Assembly: GCA_013239625.1 (NCBI GenBank)
Contig: MU054187.1
Span: forward strand, 5,279,757-5,343,756
Direction of reading: 5' to 3'
Source of the DNA: Lama guanicoe
Taxonomy: Eukaryota
DNA length: 64,000 bases
Part shown: one piece after another, positions 12,667 through 25,869 of the stretch
How the letters are laid out: each line of letters opens with the position of its first letter
How positions within the stretch are numbered: the stretch's first letter is position 1
Program-made: the position numbers and the translations under genes
Notes under the pieces: generated by a model
Told to the model about the DNA's origin: nothing
The model's input: the letters and a program-made list of their open reading frames with translations, nothing else
The model's database searches: none

Positions 12667-12886
12667 AATTAGGAGTTTGGGATTAGTGGATACACACTAC
12701 TGTATATAAAATAGATAACAGGGACCCACGGTAGAGCATGGGCAACAGTCTTCAGTACCTTGTAATAACCTATAATGAGAGAGAATATGGAAAAGAATAT
12801 ATGTGTGTGTGTATGACTGAATCCCTATGCTGTACACCAGACACTAACACAACATTGTGAATCAACTAGACTTCAATAAAAAAAAG
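12667..12886 (+). mobile_element. 5'-truncated cetartiodactyl/camelid L1 3' end
   Basis: 'aattaggagtttgggattagtggatacacactactgtatataaaatagataac...gctgtacaccagacactaacacaacattgtgaatcaactagacttcaataaaaaaaa'. Confidence 0.9.
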
Positions 12887-13499
12887 AACAGGGGCGGGAC
12901 AAGGATGTAAGACGTTTGTAGGGTTCATACAGTTGTGCTGTCTGGTTAAGAGTTTCTGACTGGCTTTCCTTTCCCTTTTCCTTTTCTTCTNNNNNNNNNN
13001 NNNNNNNNNNNNNNNNNNNNNNNNNNNNNNNNNNNNNNNNNNNNNNNNNNNNNNNNNNNNNNNNNNNNNNNNNNNNNNNNNNNNNNNNNNNNNNNNNNNN
13101 NNNNNNNNNNNNNNNNNNGGCTCCAGAGGGCCCCCTGTCCTCCTTTACCTGCAGGTGTCTGTGTCTCCGCATTTCCTTTCCTTCATCACTGCTTTCTTCC
13201 CTTATGTCTTCTTTCCTTTTCCCCTGGAGGAGACTAGGGTTGAGAAGTAATATCCGTTTACATATCTACTTGTCTCAAGAGATTCATCACCACCTCTGAA
13301 ACCTCTGTGTTGGATTCCTACCGCCTGCTCTCTTCTTGGTCCAACCATGTGTATTTATTTGCACCCAAGCTATTTCAGAGACAAGTAAGTCATGTGCGAT
13401 GCACCACATTTGATAACTGCCTTCTATTAAAATAAATTATAAATTCAAAATATTGCAATATTTTGTCACTAAGTTACAAAAACAGGTGTGTGTTTGGAA

Positions 13500-13941
13500 G
13501 AACTTGTGCAAAGTCAGTTCAGTGAAGATAGGGCAGTCTTTTCAAGTGCTACTCAAACAACTGAAAATCCAAGTGTATAAAAATGATCTTTGGGCCATAT
13601 CTTAATACCACAAAGTTTAATTCAAAATGCATCATACATCCATATGTGAAATCTGAAGCTATCACATTCACAGAAGAAAACAAAGGAAAAATCTTGTGAG
13701 TTTGGGTTAGGAAAAGATTGCTTAAATATGACATCAACACACACAAAAATGAGAAACTGAAACTCATCAAATTTTAAAATGCTTGCTCCTCGAAAGAAAA
13801 TGTAGAAAAGAAAAATAAAATATAAGCCACCGACTGGGAGTTAATATTTAAAAATATATATCTGATGAAGAACTTGTATCTAGAATATATAAAGTCTTGA
13901 AATTCGATAATAAGAAAGGAAAAGATGTAGCTAAAAATGGG
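13500..13941 (+). mobile_element. Old L1 ORF2 3' region relic
   Basis: 'cagaagaaaacaaaggaaaaatcttgtgagtttgggttaggaaaagattgcttaaatatgac...tatctgatgaagaacttgtatctagaatatataaag'. Confidence 0.8.
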
Positions 13942-13949
13942 GTGAAAAG

Positions 13950-14000
13950 GGGGGAGGGTATAGTGCATGCCTAGTGTGCACAAGGTCCTGGGTTCCAGGC
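13950..14000 (+). mobile_element. Truncated, internally deleted camelid tRNA-derived SINE head
   Basis: 'ggggagggtatagtgcatgcctagtgtgcacaaggtcctgggttcc' matches the head of the SINE at 28.3 kb but lacks the A-box segment. Confidence 0.7.
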
Positions 14001-14474
14001 TTCGCTTGTTTGGGTTTTGATTCATCAGGCAGGAGACCACTGAAGAGATTCCAGCAGGGGTGTGACATTTAGGAGTAATAATTGTAGCTGCTGTGACNNN
14101 NNNNNNNNNNNNNNNNNNNNNNNNNNNNNNNNNNNNNNNNNNNNNNNNNNNNNNNNNNNNNNNNNNNNNNNNNNNNNNNNNNNNNNNNNNNNNNNNNNNN
14201 NNNNNNNNNNNNNNNNNNNNNNNNNNNNNNNNNNNNNNNNNNNNNNNNNNNNNNNNNNNNNNNNNNNNNNGACAGACTAGGTACGGGGGTACCAGAGGCA
14301 GGCAGGTCAGCACAAAGCTGATGGCAATAGTCTGAGTGAGAGACAGTGAGGGCTGAGCAGTAGTGATGAGGCAGCAGAGGCAGGAGCAGACCTGAGCGAG
14401 GGTACTGATGTGGCGCTGATGGGACCGCTGATGATAGATCAGCATTTGGGTTGGCAGCTGAGGGAAAGCAACCA

Positions 14475-14932
14475 TTAGTACAATTATCCAAACCTAGAAA
14501 TTAATGTTGGTACAATACCCTAAACTCATCTAAAGACCTTCTTCAAACATTTCAAATTGTTTTAGCAACGCCCTTTTCCTGATCGAGAATCCAATCCAAG
14601 ACCCACATCCATTTCTCCTCATTTGTCTCCAATCTATGGAAGATTGGGGCTCTGCCCTTGTTTATTGTGGCTTTGACTTATTTCCAATCGTGCTGGCCAG
14701 GTACTCTGCAGAGTGTTCCTTCATTTGAGTCTGTATGACGTTTCCTCATGGTTAACATCAGGGTATCCATTTTTAGCTGACCGCGTCTGTGATGCTGTCC
14801 GTGAGACAGCGGATGACGCTGACATAGCCCTACTGATGACTTGTGGTGATGCTGACTTCCGCCGTTTATTTAAGATGGTGTCTGCCAGCTTCCTCTGCAA
14901 CTGACAACTATCTTGCAAGGAGGTATCTTGGA
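14475..14932 (-). mobile_element. L1MC-type 3' UTR relic
   Basis: 'agtacaattatccaaacctagaaattaatgttggtacaatac...tggtgatgctgacttccgccgtttatttaagatggtgtctgccagcttcctc'. Confidence 0.7.
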
Positions 14933-15003
14933 ATCTCCTCTCTCTAATTTTTCAATTGTGTGTGTGTTTTATCATGTATATGCTGTATCAGAACAATGGT
15001 GAA

Positions 15004-15041
15004 TACACACGCACACACATACACACACATACACACACATA
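15004..15041. repeat. Imperfect (CA)n/(CACACACATA)n microsatellite
   Basis: 'tacacacgcacacacatacacacacatacacacacata'. Confidence 0.9.
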
Positions 15042-15659
15042 TAACTTACAAAAGACTTGCCTATATACATTCTTAGGGTAAATACACAAATATGTTTTAT
15101 TGATAGGGTTACCTGACCAAAAATATTTTTGAAACCACTGTTTTAGACCAATTCATGTTCCTTAGGCTTCGCACGTGTCTTCCCCACTGTTTCTCATGAG
15201 CGATGTCCGATGACTGGCTCTATGCTATTATAATTTCCCCTTATCTACAATTGACACCGTCTTGAAGCTGTAGATATTTGCAGTAAGCTGCTTTATCTGT
15301 TTGCTAGTTTGAAAAGGGCCCCCATTTATTCTCATGCTTCAGTGCCATGCATACTTATCTAGATTTTAAGGTCGCCGGAGTTTACCTTCTATATGTGATA
15401 CGTGTCGTGTCCTATACGCTGTATCTGTCGTTGCGCTCTGTCCTCTGAAGGCAGCATCTGTGCCTGGTTTATTTCTGTGCCTTCTGTAATACGAACATGA
15501 TGCCGTGCACAGAAAAAGCCCTCAATTAGACTTTGTTTACTGACTGAGTGAGAGGATAAACATCTGGTACAATGTTTGCCCAGTGAGGAAACACAATTAC
15601 TTTGGTTCAGTGACTGCGGCAGACACTCTTGGATGGCTAACCAAGGCTCCACTTCCAAC

Positions 15660-16035
15660 TTCTTTCTAGCCAACTTCCAGTTAGTGTTGGGAACATAATG
15701 TAGTTCCAGCTAATGAAAGGGAGGGGAAGATCTGATGTGTGGTTCTGGGAAAAGCGTCTGTCTCTCTTACATAGTCACTGAAGTTGTGCTTTCTCCCAGG
15801 TCTTTGCCTTGAGGGTAGAGGTGATGGTTAGGCTGCAGCAGCCTTTTTATGACCATGAAAGACAGATAAGAGAAAAGCAGTTCCGCTGGTCTTTACATTT
15901 TTAAACTGAAGAAGCAAAACCCAGAACTACTTACCTTTGAACATCTTGCTGTATCAGAAAACAGATCCAAATTGCTGTAAGTCCAGGCAGCTGGACTGGA
16001 TTTCCTCCTGCTTAGCTGGGATGTTCCTGACGTAC
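15660..16035 (+). mobile_element. MaLR LTR relic (MLT1J/K-like)
   Basis: 'tagttccagctaatgaaagggaggggaag...gtgatggttaggctgcagcagcctttttatgaccatgaaagac...gatgttcctgacgtaca'. Confidence 0.65.
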
Positions 16036-19000
16036 ACACTCCAATGACCAGAGAAGGAAACACCGCTCTTTGATCTACTCACAAAAGCTTCATTGAGAAG
16101 GCAGACGGTTTCATGATCGTTTTTATGATGGGGAATATGACGTGGGATGCTTGAATTAGAAGACAGTCCCATGACATGGTTCTGCTCTGGACGCTGACTG
16201 GAGGCAGGGATAAGAGAAGCAATATAAAGGGGGCTCATTTCCGGGCTGTGCAAGTGGAGGGGGTGTGGGGTGGCCGGAGGTGAGCGCAGTGACCCACACC
16301 AACACAAGGCTTATTCAGGAAGGTCCAGTTCATCACGGGACAGGGAAACATGGCACCTAGGTAAAGACGACACGGCAGGCAGGTCAGAATCAAGGCATGG
16401 TAAGGGGTAAAGGGGAAACCAGCCGAAACCACTGGAGATGTTACGAAATTCGGGGCAGTGGGGTACAGTGAGAGCTCAGAGCACATGGGGTCACAAAGCT
16501 GGAATTCAGACCTCATCGTTTAACATGTTAGCTGGACAAGCAGGCCAACTCATGTCCTTTCTGAAGCTCAGTCTTGTGTCTACCTGATAGTAAAAAGAGG
16601 GACTTCATTGCCTTTTGTGAAGTAGGTGCCTCGGGAGGGAAACAGTTACTCAAATGGGGAAGTTTGGAAAGTACTAAACAGATCACATGTATTGATAGTA
16701 AATTGTAGTGCAACCCGAGGGCGATTTTACACTGCGCGTTCTACGCGAACGTGGAAGGGAATTCTTTAAGATGTGTTTCCCCTTTCACTGAGGCTCAGCC
16801 AGTGGAAGGGATGGCTGCTAACACAAGGTCTACCTCGAGTCGCAGCATCTTTGGCACTTCTGTGTGCTTGGGTTTCAACGGTGTTGAATAAAAACCTCTG
16901 GCTCTCTGCTGAGTTTCAGAAGCAATGGCAGGAAAGTTCGGTGCAAATAATCTTTGCAGCCTAGACCCCCTACGAGTTCTCAAGCCCATACTAGTTGATG
17001 AATGTTACATTTTGGTCTTTTCACCTGTTTGAATTGCGGAAACTTCTGTAAAATGCTATTCTGGGTTCCAGCACACTCACTAGTAAGGGTTACCACTCAA
17101 AGCCAAACTCATTCAGCCAAGAGCGCTANNNNNNNNNNNNNNNNNNNNNNNNNNNNNNNNNNNNNNNNNNNNNNNNNNNNNNNNNNNNNNNNNNNNNNNN
17201 NNNNNNNNNNNNNNNNNNNNNNNNNNNNNNNNNNNNNNNNNNNNNNNNNNNNNNNNNNNNNNNNNNNNNNNNNNNNNNNNNNNNNNNNNNNNTGAAATAT
17301 TTAAACACATGTAAATCAAAAAAAAAAAAAGAGAGAGAGAGAGAGATGAAATCTCATTATAAGAATGAATGGCTCCTTCCCACTCTTTCTACAATATAGT
17401 CTTGGTACCATTTACATACCATTTGTAATATTAATATTATTGTAGGGAAATNNNNNNNNNNNNNNNNNNNNNNNNNNNNNNNNNNNNNNNNNNNNNNNNN
17501 NNNNNNNNNNNNNNNNNNNNNNNNNNNNNNNNNNNNNNNNNNNNNNNNNNNNNNNNNNNNNNNNNNNNNNNNNNNNNNNNNNNNNNNNNNNNNNNNNNNN
17601 NNNNNNNGTATCTTTCTTTATGACCCTACGCACCACAGGATGCTGTTTGCTGAAAACCTCATTATTTTTTAATGCATGGCTATTTATTAATGTATTGTGT
17701 ATATAACACACTATGCATTTCTTTGAATTGATGAATACATTTACATCCACTTGAGAATACAAATTCCCTGAAGGGCCAATCTCACATTTCTCTCACTGTG
17801 CTGCCAGAAGCCCACGCTGATTATTTTTTCTTGTTTCGTGGAGGAGTGGAGTGAAAAGGAGAGAAAAAGACAGAAAAAAAAAAAAAGAGATACACAATGA
17901 GTAGCATTTTAAAATTTCATTTTCTGAGAAACCTTCCTCCTAAGGTTAAAAAAAAATGAATGCCTCATTGCAACATGGAATTTTTCAGAGCATGCAAATT
18001 AATTTACCCTTTGCAAAGTCTTCTATTTGACATGCCATTTTATGTGGAGCACTTGACCTGCTGTTTCGCAAGTTATTTTCCATTGTATTTGCTGAATTAC
18101 CTCCTCCATTGCTCTATGTTGCTTTTAGAGGATTAGATATTAATTGAATGAGGACTGGAGAACACAGTTAACTACAGTAGCAGGTACCCCTGAATATAGT
18201 CTTACAGCTATAAAAAAAAAATTCTCTCCTTTAAAACCTTGCTACTAGCCATGAGCCCAAGTCCCTACAAATCAGAGTGTCTTTGTGAACCACAGAGGAA
18301 GCAAGAGAGAAACAGTCTCTCTCCCAGATTTCTTCATCCACTATTTGCAATATTCTAGAATTTTCTGGAGGTTGTTGGGTGTGGACCCTGGCCGTGCAGC
18401 TTGCTAGGCAGCCTTCCCATGACCCATGCCATCTTTTTAGGGACATGAGTGTAGGCTCTTTTTGGACTAGTGCAGAACAGTGTTTAGCTGAAACGGCTGG
18501 AAAGATTGATGACCTCAGCAGACTGACTCTTTGTTCTAGTAAGCACGAGCCAGGTTTGGGTGGAGGGCTGGTGGAAGGGAGGGGAGCACGGCTGAGGTTT
18601 TTCTCTCTTCCCTTCTCTGGAGGGAGTGGTTTTGGATGCTATAGAGAAAACATGACACAGAGAGAAAAGTGGGCTTGTGTTATCTTCTCTCTCCTCGTCC
18701 CTTAGACGGTTTGGCCTGGCATCCTCAGTTAACCACTCACTCATAGCACTATTGGAGGTCTTCTCATGACAACTCCCTATCTCATAAATGCTTCTCTGTT
18801 GCTAAGGAATAGATTTAATTTTTGTATGGTACGAAGAGGGTGCTGAGCAGGAAATTGATTGTGACCTCCAATTTCAATACGTTAATGTGTCCATTGTGAC
18901 TGTGTATTCAGTGAATAGGAATATGGAAAGCATTCTAAGGCAGAATATAACAGAGGAAGTCTTACCATCTAGTCACAGGGAGACCCAGCGGGCACGGATC

Positions 19001-19822
19001 GAGCTTGGCATTTTCTAACCCAGTTGGTGCTTCATGCATGTGCTTCTACGCAGGCTGTATGCAGGACCCATTTGACAATGAGGGACACACTGGGTTCCTT
19101 CTCATGCCTGTGGGTGACATTCCAGGGGCATTCAGGTTTCAGCGGCTCCCCAGGCATCGTGCTGACATATCTCTGGCTTAGGGATGCTGTCAGAGGATAA
19201 GCTTTTCAAGAGGGATGCTTTTCAATGGATAAGACCCTTGTCACCTCTGCTCTCCTAGGACCCAAGCAATGGAGAGATAGGTTGGTTTGTTTTCTTTTAA
19301 ATGAGTGACTAATAAACGTGTTTAAGGATAAATACCTAGAGTTGTCTCAGGGAATCTAGCAAACAAGACCATAGATCAAATGATACTGCTTATTTGATGT
19401 TCAGAGTCACTTAAACTCTTAGAACTTCATTGTCCTCATGCCAAAATGGTACTAGCAACAATAAAGACTTCACAGATGTTGGCTCTCAGTGACCCTTCTG
19501 AGATTTCATCCAATTACTCAACATTTCCTGCTCTTATTTCTTTGGGTTTTTTTTCCCATTTGCCCTCTCCCTTGCATATCGATATGCTCTAGTCTCCCAT
19601 AAAAATGGTGTCCTCACAGCTTCTGTCATTCCTCCCCTTTTTTTTCATGAAACCTCTCAGATTTTTTGAAGATGAGCCAAGGTATTGTTCTCGCCTGCCC
19701 TTCACCTCTAGTAACTTCATTGGCTTGGAGCTCCGAGGACTAGTTCCTGGAGAGAAACAGGTCCACGTTCATTTCCTCTTTGCATCTTCTTTCTCTTCAC
19801 TTCTGTGCTCCAGAAATGAACA

Positions 19823-20530
19823 TTTTTTAAAGATTTTTTTTAAAGAGCAATTTTAGGGTCACAGCAAAATTGAGAGGAAGGTTCAGAGATTGCTGCGTAC
19901 CCTCTGCCCCTGGACGTGTACAACCTCTCCCACTGTCAACACCCCCACACAGTACATTTGATACACTTGATGAACCTACATGGACACATTGTAATCGCCC
20001 AAAGTCCACGGTTTACCTTAGGGCCCACTCTCGGTGTAGAGTCTATGGATTAGAACAACCGCATAATATGTATCCATGGTTATAGTATCACACAGAGGAA
20101 TTTCACTGCCCTAAAAATCCCTTGTTCTCCTTACCCATCCCCGTGCCCCCTGCCGTGGACAACTGCTGATCTTTCTACTGTCTCTATAGTTTTGCCTTGN
20201 NNNNNNNNNNNNNNNNNNNNNNNNNNNNNNNNNNNNNNNNNNNNNNNNNNNNNNNNNNNNNNNNNNNNNNNNNNNNNNNNNNNNNNNNNNNNNNNNNNNN
20301 NNNNNNNNNNNNNNNNNNNNNNNNNNNNNNNNNNNNATTCCATTGCCTGGGCAGACCACAGTTTGTTTATCCATTCACCCGCTGAAGGACATTCTGGCCA
20401 TTTCCAAGTTCTGACAGTTACGAGTAGAGCTGCCGTAAACATCCGTGTGCAGGGTTTTGTGTGGATGCAACTTTCCAGGTCCTTTGAGTGAATTCCAATG
20501 AGTGTGGTTTCTGGACAGCGTGGACATTCA
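19823..20530 (-). mobile_element. L1MC1/2-like 3' end with ORF2 C-terminus (spans a gap)
   Basis: 'gagcaattttagggtcacagcaaaattgagaggaaggttcagagat'; minus-strand ORF CTRMFTAALLVTVRTWKWPECPSAGEWINKLW is the L1 ORF2 C-terminus. Confidence 0.85.
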
Positions 20531-23239
20531 CCTTCCACTTTCTGATTTGGTGAGGTCTTCTCAGTATGAGCCACACTTAAGCTCCGTGGCACCTCCAGCG
20601 TTGGCTGGCCCGTCTCCTGTGTCCCCTCTGCTGTGGGGTCCTTCCCTTGGGGCTGTCTTCCTTCTCCCTCTCTGTGTAGGGAAATGTCACCTTCATGGAG
20701 AAGTCACTCCTCCCCACCAACTTGGGCTCCTGACCTGCCTTGTATTTGCTCAGGGCACACATGCCTTTCCTGCAGTTCTCTTCTAGTATTTGTCTTTTTG
20801 TTTAATGTTTCGTCCAGGGACCGTGGCTTGTGCTGGCTTTTCTCTACTGGCTCAGCAGCCTACACTCGCCTTCTCAGCCCTCAGACAGCTGGCCTGTCCT
20901 CAGGGTCCCAAAGCAGAAAGTACCACTCCTGGCACCGTGTTGCTGGTGCACACATAGTAGGGGCTCCAGGAAGGAAGGAATGGCATACAAGCATTGTTAT
21001 TAGTGTGCTTTTAAAAATTAACATTTTGCTTCTTTTTATTTTTCACTGGGACTATGGAAAGATTCTCCACATCTTTTCAGTCTTTCACAGGTCGCCCTGC
21101 CTGAATCACGTGTTTACGTGAGTTACGCCCCGCACACTTGCTGCTCTGCAACTTAAGTCTTGGCCTCCTGATTTCAGACCCAAGTCTGAAGCGTAACCTC
21201 CTGAACACACACATCTCGCTTCTCCTGACCATGGATCTTCTCCAAGATCCTGCTCCCCCCCGCCCCCAAGCCCTTCACCCACGAGACACGGTGGTGCAGG
21301 GACCCCATGACCTTCTCAGCCCGTGACTCCACACCTCTGCGCACCTGCTCAGGCTCTCCCCTCAGCCCCAGACTTCCTCTCATCTTTCGTTTCCACTCAC
21401 CCTTTGACATGGTTTTGGACTTTCCCTCGGCCTTCTGTGGACTTCTGTTACTTCACGTTTATTGGGTGTGTCTGTTTTTCTGGTCAGCCCTCTACAACTG
21501 GTGCCCATTCCCAGGGCGTAATGACCGTGAAAGTACAGACCAGCCCCTTGTAGGCTGGCTGGCTTCATTGTTTTTGACACAAAGTGTTATGGCCATTCAA
21601 GTCTGTTGAATTATTAATAAACCCAGAAACACCTGCTTCAAACTTTCTAATGTGATGTATTTTGGTACGAGAGTACTCTTAATAGAGACATTTGGACGGC
21701 TTCTGAGTGCCTTGGAACAGGTGGAACAGATAACAGTTCAGTCAAGTGTGTTATTTGACATCCTGTAAATTCATACTATGTCCAATTCTGTAATTGGGCT
21801 TTTGTGTTTAGAAATTACCTAGAACCTGACGAGTACTTGTAAAACTGCTGCAAATGAATAGAAAAACATATTTTTATTGGTGAAGAGAATAATTGCATGG
21901 GGGCTCATATAAGGAATCGGCTTCTACAGTGAAATGTGACAACACAAGCAACTTGTTTAAGGGCTCCTGCGCTGTTCATACCTGTGACTAATTCTGTCAT
22001 TCTCTGTCCCCAGGTGGACCATCAACAATGGTTTACAGATGGATTTTTATAAAAATTTTATAAGCAGAAGTCTTCGCCCTTATGAGGATGACTTTTTCAG
22101 GAGGAAAGTCGTATTTGGTGATATTCATTTTTTTTTCACTTTTCAAAATATATGAGTGCAGAGCCCTATTTATGTTAGACTATTACAAACAGGCTAAAAG
22201 TAAATAATTTAATCACAAAGTTTTTGGTTTTTTTTTTTATAACAAATAGGGGGTTGGGCATCTCTCCTCTGGGTATGCCAAAACATGAAACCAAAATAAC
22301 TCGTTGCTTTCACTTTTAGATATTCACAGCTGGCAGTTGTGCTTGACCACGCTGATTTTACTGAGTGTTTTTGGATTCACGTGGACACTAACGGTTGGAA
22401 TTATTGGAGGCACACTTCACTCTTCTCTCGCTTCCTGTGTCCGTGTGTTTCAGCAGGGTCTTGCCTGTATCAGTGGGTAGAATTTCCAGAATCTCTGAGT
22501 CCTTTCATTCTCTTTACCACCTCATCCATGTGTCAAAGCTTGAGGATGTGGACCATCAGTCTTCCCAACTGTGTCTTTGTTTATCAAGAAGTATTGACAG
22601 CAATGACAGAGAAAACCAAATTCACTTTATTCATAGTTCTCTTAATTTGGGAATGTGATGAATGAACTATATGTAGATGTAATCTTTTACAATATACTTT
22701 GAATGATATACACAAATGGTAATGAAGACATTTGATTTCATGGCAAAAAAAATTGAGTTCAAAGTATGTCCCAACAGAAAGTAAGCAATCAATTATTTTT
22801 ACTCTTCCACTCTAAATGCTCTTTGAATTGGTTTTTCTCCATAGCTGTCTGGCAAATGAATGATGAATCACTCCTTGTTGGGAAGAGACAGCCCTGTTAC
22901 TGGACTCACATCACATACCGGCAAATTCCATGGACAGAGCAAAGCATCATTTTCCTCACTTGGACATTGTATGCTTTGCAGAATGAGAAATCGCAGAAAA
23001 CTGAGCACACACAGCTTTCCCTTTCTGTATTCAAGTACGCATTTTATTTGAAATACAAAATCAAGATTATTGTGTTTTAAAAATTTGAAACTTTCGGTTA
23101 AGTGACAGGGAAGTGTATGGGAGAAGTTCCTGTGACGTCCCACTATTCCTTCTAGTGACCATGGAAATAAAAGACCTATGAAGTGTAGTTGGAGTATAAA
23201 TTCTTAGTGCTTATTAATCTGGTGCTATTAATTTTCTTC

Positions 23240-23500
23240 TGTACTCATTAAATATCCTTTATATATTATATCTTTAATGTTATATATTTATTAAACTTAA
23301 CATTTTATATGTATTACTTATTTTTATATTAAAATAATGTATTTTGAACTTTACATATAATGTAATATACAACATGCAACTAAAATGTAAAATATAGACT
23401 TTAATAACATACATATTAGTTAATAATATATACTATTAATGAATATAAAGTTCAAATACATAACATAAATATATAAATATATTATATTATGTTCATGTAT
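23240..23500. repeat. AT-rich low-complexity tract
   Basis: Very high A+T content with TA-rich degenerate repeats. Confidence 0.85.
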
Positions 23501-25191
23501 CTAATCATTCATTTCACACTAAAGATGGTTCTCTAAGTGCATAATAAAAGAAGATAAAAGCGTTTTCAAGTTTCTTTTATTGAAAATTATTTTATTTTGT
23601 GGAAAGGTGTTGAAGTTCATAACAACACCAAATAGTAAGAAGGAAACTCACTTTCTAACACAGTTTACTTAGCACTGCATTTTCAGTAGTTATTACAATT
23701 AAATACCTAGCTTTGAATGTAATGTTAAAATCACCAGTTAAGGAATGAACGTATTAAGATGTCTGCACCCAAGTGGTAGTACCTAGCGGTTATGTAGATG
23801 CCAGCCTGGTTGAGTCGCCCGTGCAGCCGTGGGTGCTCCTCTGGGCTGGGTCTAGGGAGGGAGCTGGGGAGGCAGGGGAGGGGAGACAATGGAGACTTAA
23901 CCCTTCAGGGCCTCACAGTTCAATACTGGACAAGGGGCCAGGGTAGCATACTGAGGTCACCTGTCATTCCCCCATTTCATAGGGGCAGCAGTAAAGCTTG
24001 ACCATCTCTCTACCCATTGTGCTATTAGCAAATCTTACAAAAGTACAATATGGGACTAATTTTGCAAATGTTCCCAAATATGTGTTCACAATCTTATGCG
24101 ATACCTCTGTGACCTCAGTTTATAACTGAATGTGAGTAACAAAGAAAATGTGGAATATTTCAGAAATGCTGCTCTTAAAAGCCTAATCCCAAACTTCATG
24201 AGCTTTTAGAGATTAAAATATATGTAAATAATATATAATGCAAATATTTAATATACAAATTATAAAAGAAATCACTTATAAGAAAAAGAACTCAAAAAAT
24301 GATCGCCTCTGTCTAATCACATCCTATAAGCAAGCATCATTTTCTCTGAGAAGCTCCAAGCTCTTGTAATCCTCCTTTAATTTTCAATTTCATCCCCATG
24401 GCCCCATTTCTTCTCCTGCCTTATATATGCTTGAAACAGCTACTCCTCTGACAGAAAGAGAAAAAGAAATTTCCTGCAGTTAGTGGGAGATAGAAACTGC
24501 TGAAAAAAATGAGGGGCCGTATTTGAGCTGTGTGAAGGTGCACGCAGCCTGGCCTCCTCACTTACTTGAGTTGTACCACATTCCGCCCAGTGCCTGGTAG
24601 GTGCAGGGTAAGCTCCTACTCACTGGAACGAATCAGGAGGTGACACCAACTGCTACGGACGTCAGTCCAGCCAAAGACTCCTCCGCCTCCTGCCTACTTC
24701 ATGTGCCTTAGTGATTTCTACAGATCCAAGAAAAACACTAATTTTGCTCTCATGCAAAATTAGATAGAATCCAATGAAGGTACATTTTAAGGGATTTATG
24801 ATGGCACTGTATCACTTAAGACTTGAAGAAACTTGCTCCCAGAACCTTAGTAAGATAGTAATGTATAAATGGCAGAATTTTGATTTTTTTTGGATAATTT
24901 TCTCAAATCATCAAAGGCAAATGGGGCTGCTGAAACTCAGAGAACTTGGGATCAGAAGACAGGTCCTGGCACCATTCACCAGCATGGCTTCCAGCACTAT
25001 GGTCCTCAGTAATGCAAGTACAGCCTTCTGTCTTCCAGTCCAAAGACCCAGCCTGCCCTCTGCGGGAGAGAGTGTCAGAAAAAATGATAACACACCGTGC
25101 CTACCGTCTTCTTCACTTGCTCTCTTCCTATGACTCTGTCCCTGTCACATCATCCCCCGAGCAAGAGCACGAAGATGCAGGTATGCTTGCA

Positions 25192-25228
25192 TGCACACAC
25201 ACATGCACGCACACACACGCACACACAG
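25192..25228. repeat. Imperfect (CA)n microsatellite
   Basis: 'gcacacacacatgcacgcacacacacgcacacacag'. Confidence 0.85.
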
Positions 25229-25869
25229 AGCCTCCAAATGCACGACTCTCTTTGGACTAGCCCTGTTTGTGTTTTGTCTTTTTAACTAAGACTTGCCAAG
25301 AATCTTGTTTTCAACCAGCGCAAAAATTCTTACGCATTTTTGTCCATGAAAAAGCACAGATCCACATGGCAAACTCTTTGTTTCCTCCTGTTGATGGGAA
25401 GAAAATGGAAGGCAGTCGTTGGCTGCATCAACATATTAGAGTCTGTTATTAGTTAATAAAATATGTCTATGTTTACTGTTTTTTTTGCAAAAATGTGTTG
25501 TGCCACACCAAATATTTTGCAGGAATTCCAAGCTGTCAAGAAATGAAAGTCTCAAAGGATATTTTTAGCATGATTTTTAAGCTCCGTGAAATCAGCTCCT
25601 TTCTGGACGTGAGTGAGAACAATATAACATCTGGTCTTGCCCAGAGGTCGTCATCAACTCACCTCCGGTAGCCGGCTTCCCGGCCCCACGGTCGGTCAGG
25701 AGAGAGCAAAATCGGAACGTTTCTCCTTGCTCTTTGCCACAGTGTAATCCTCCTCCAAGGGCTGGATCAGAAATGGATCTTGATCCCTTGCTGGTGGGAA
25801 AGTCTACACCACCACTCTCTCCTCATCCTTCTGTTTGTTTGTAGAGCAGCTCCAATCATGACAGCCTTT

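Larger units (their letters stand above)
12991..20336. other. Five assembly gaps (12991-13118, 14098-14270, 17129-17292, 17452-17607, 20200-20336)
   Basis: Runs of N, 128-173 nt long. Confidence 0.98.

Noticed and set aside
12873-20592. Long ORFs containing X runs (e.g. 13774..14475)
   Set aside because: Artefacts of translating through N gaps.
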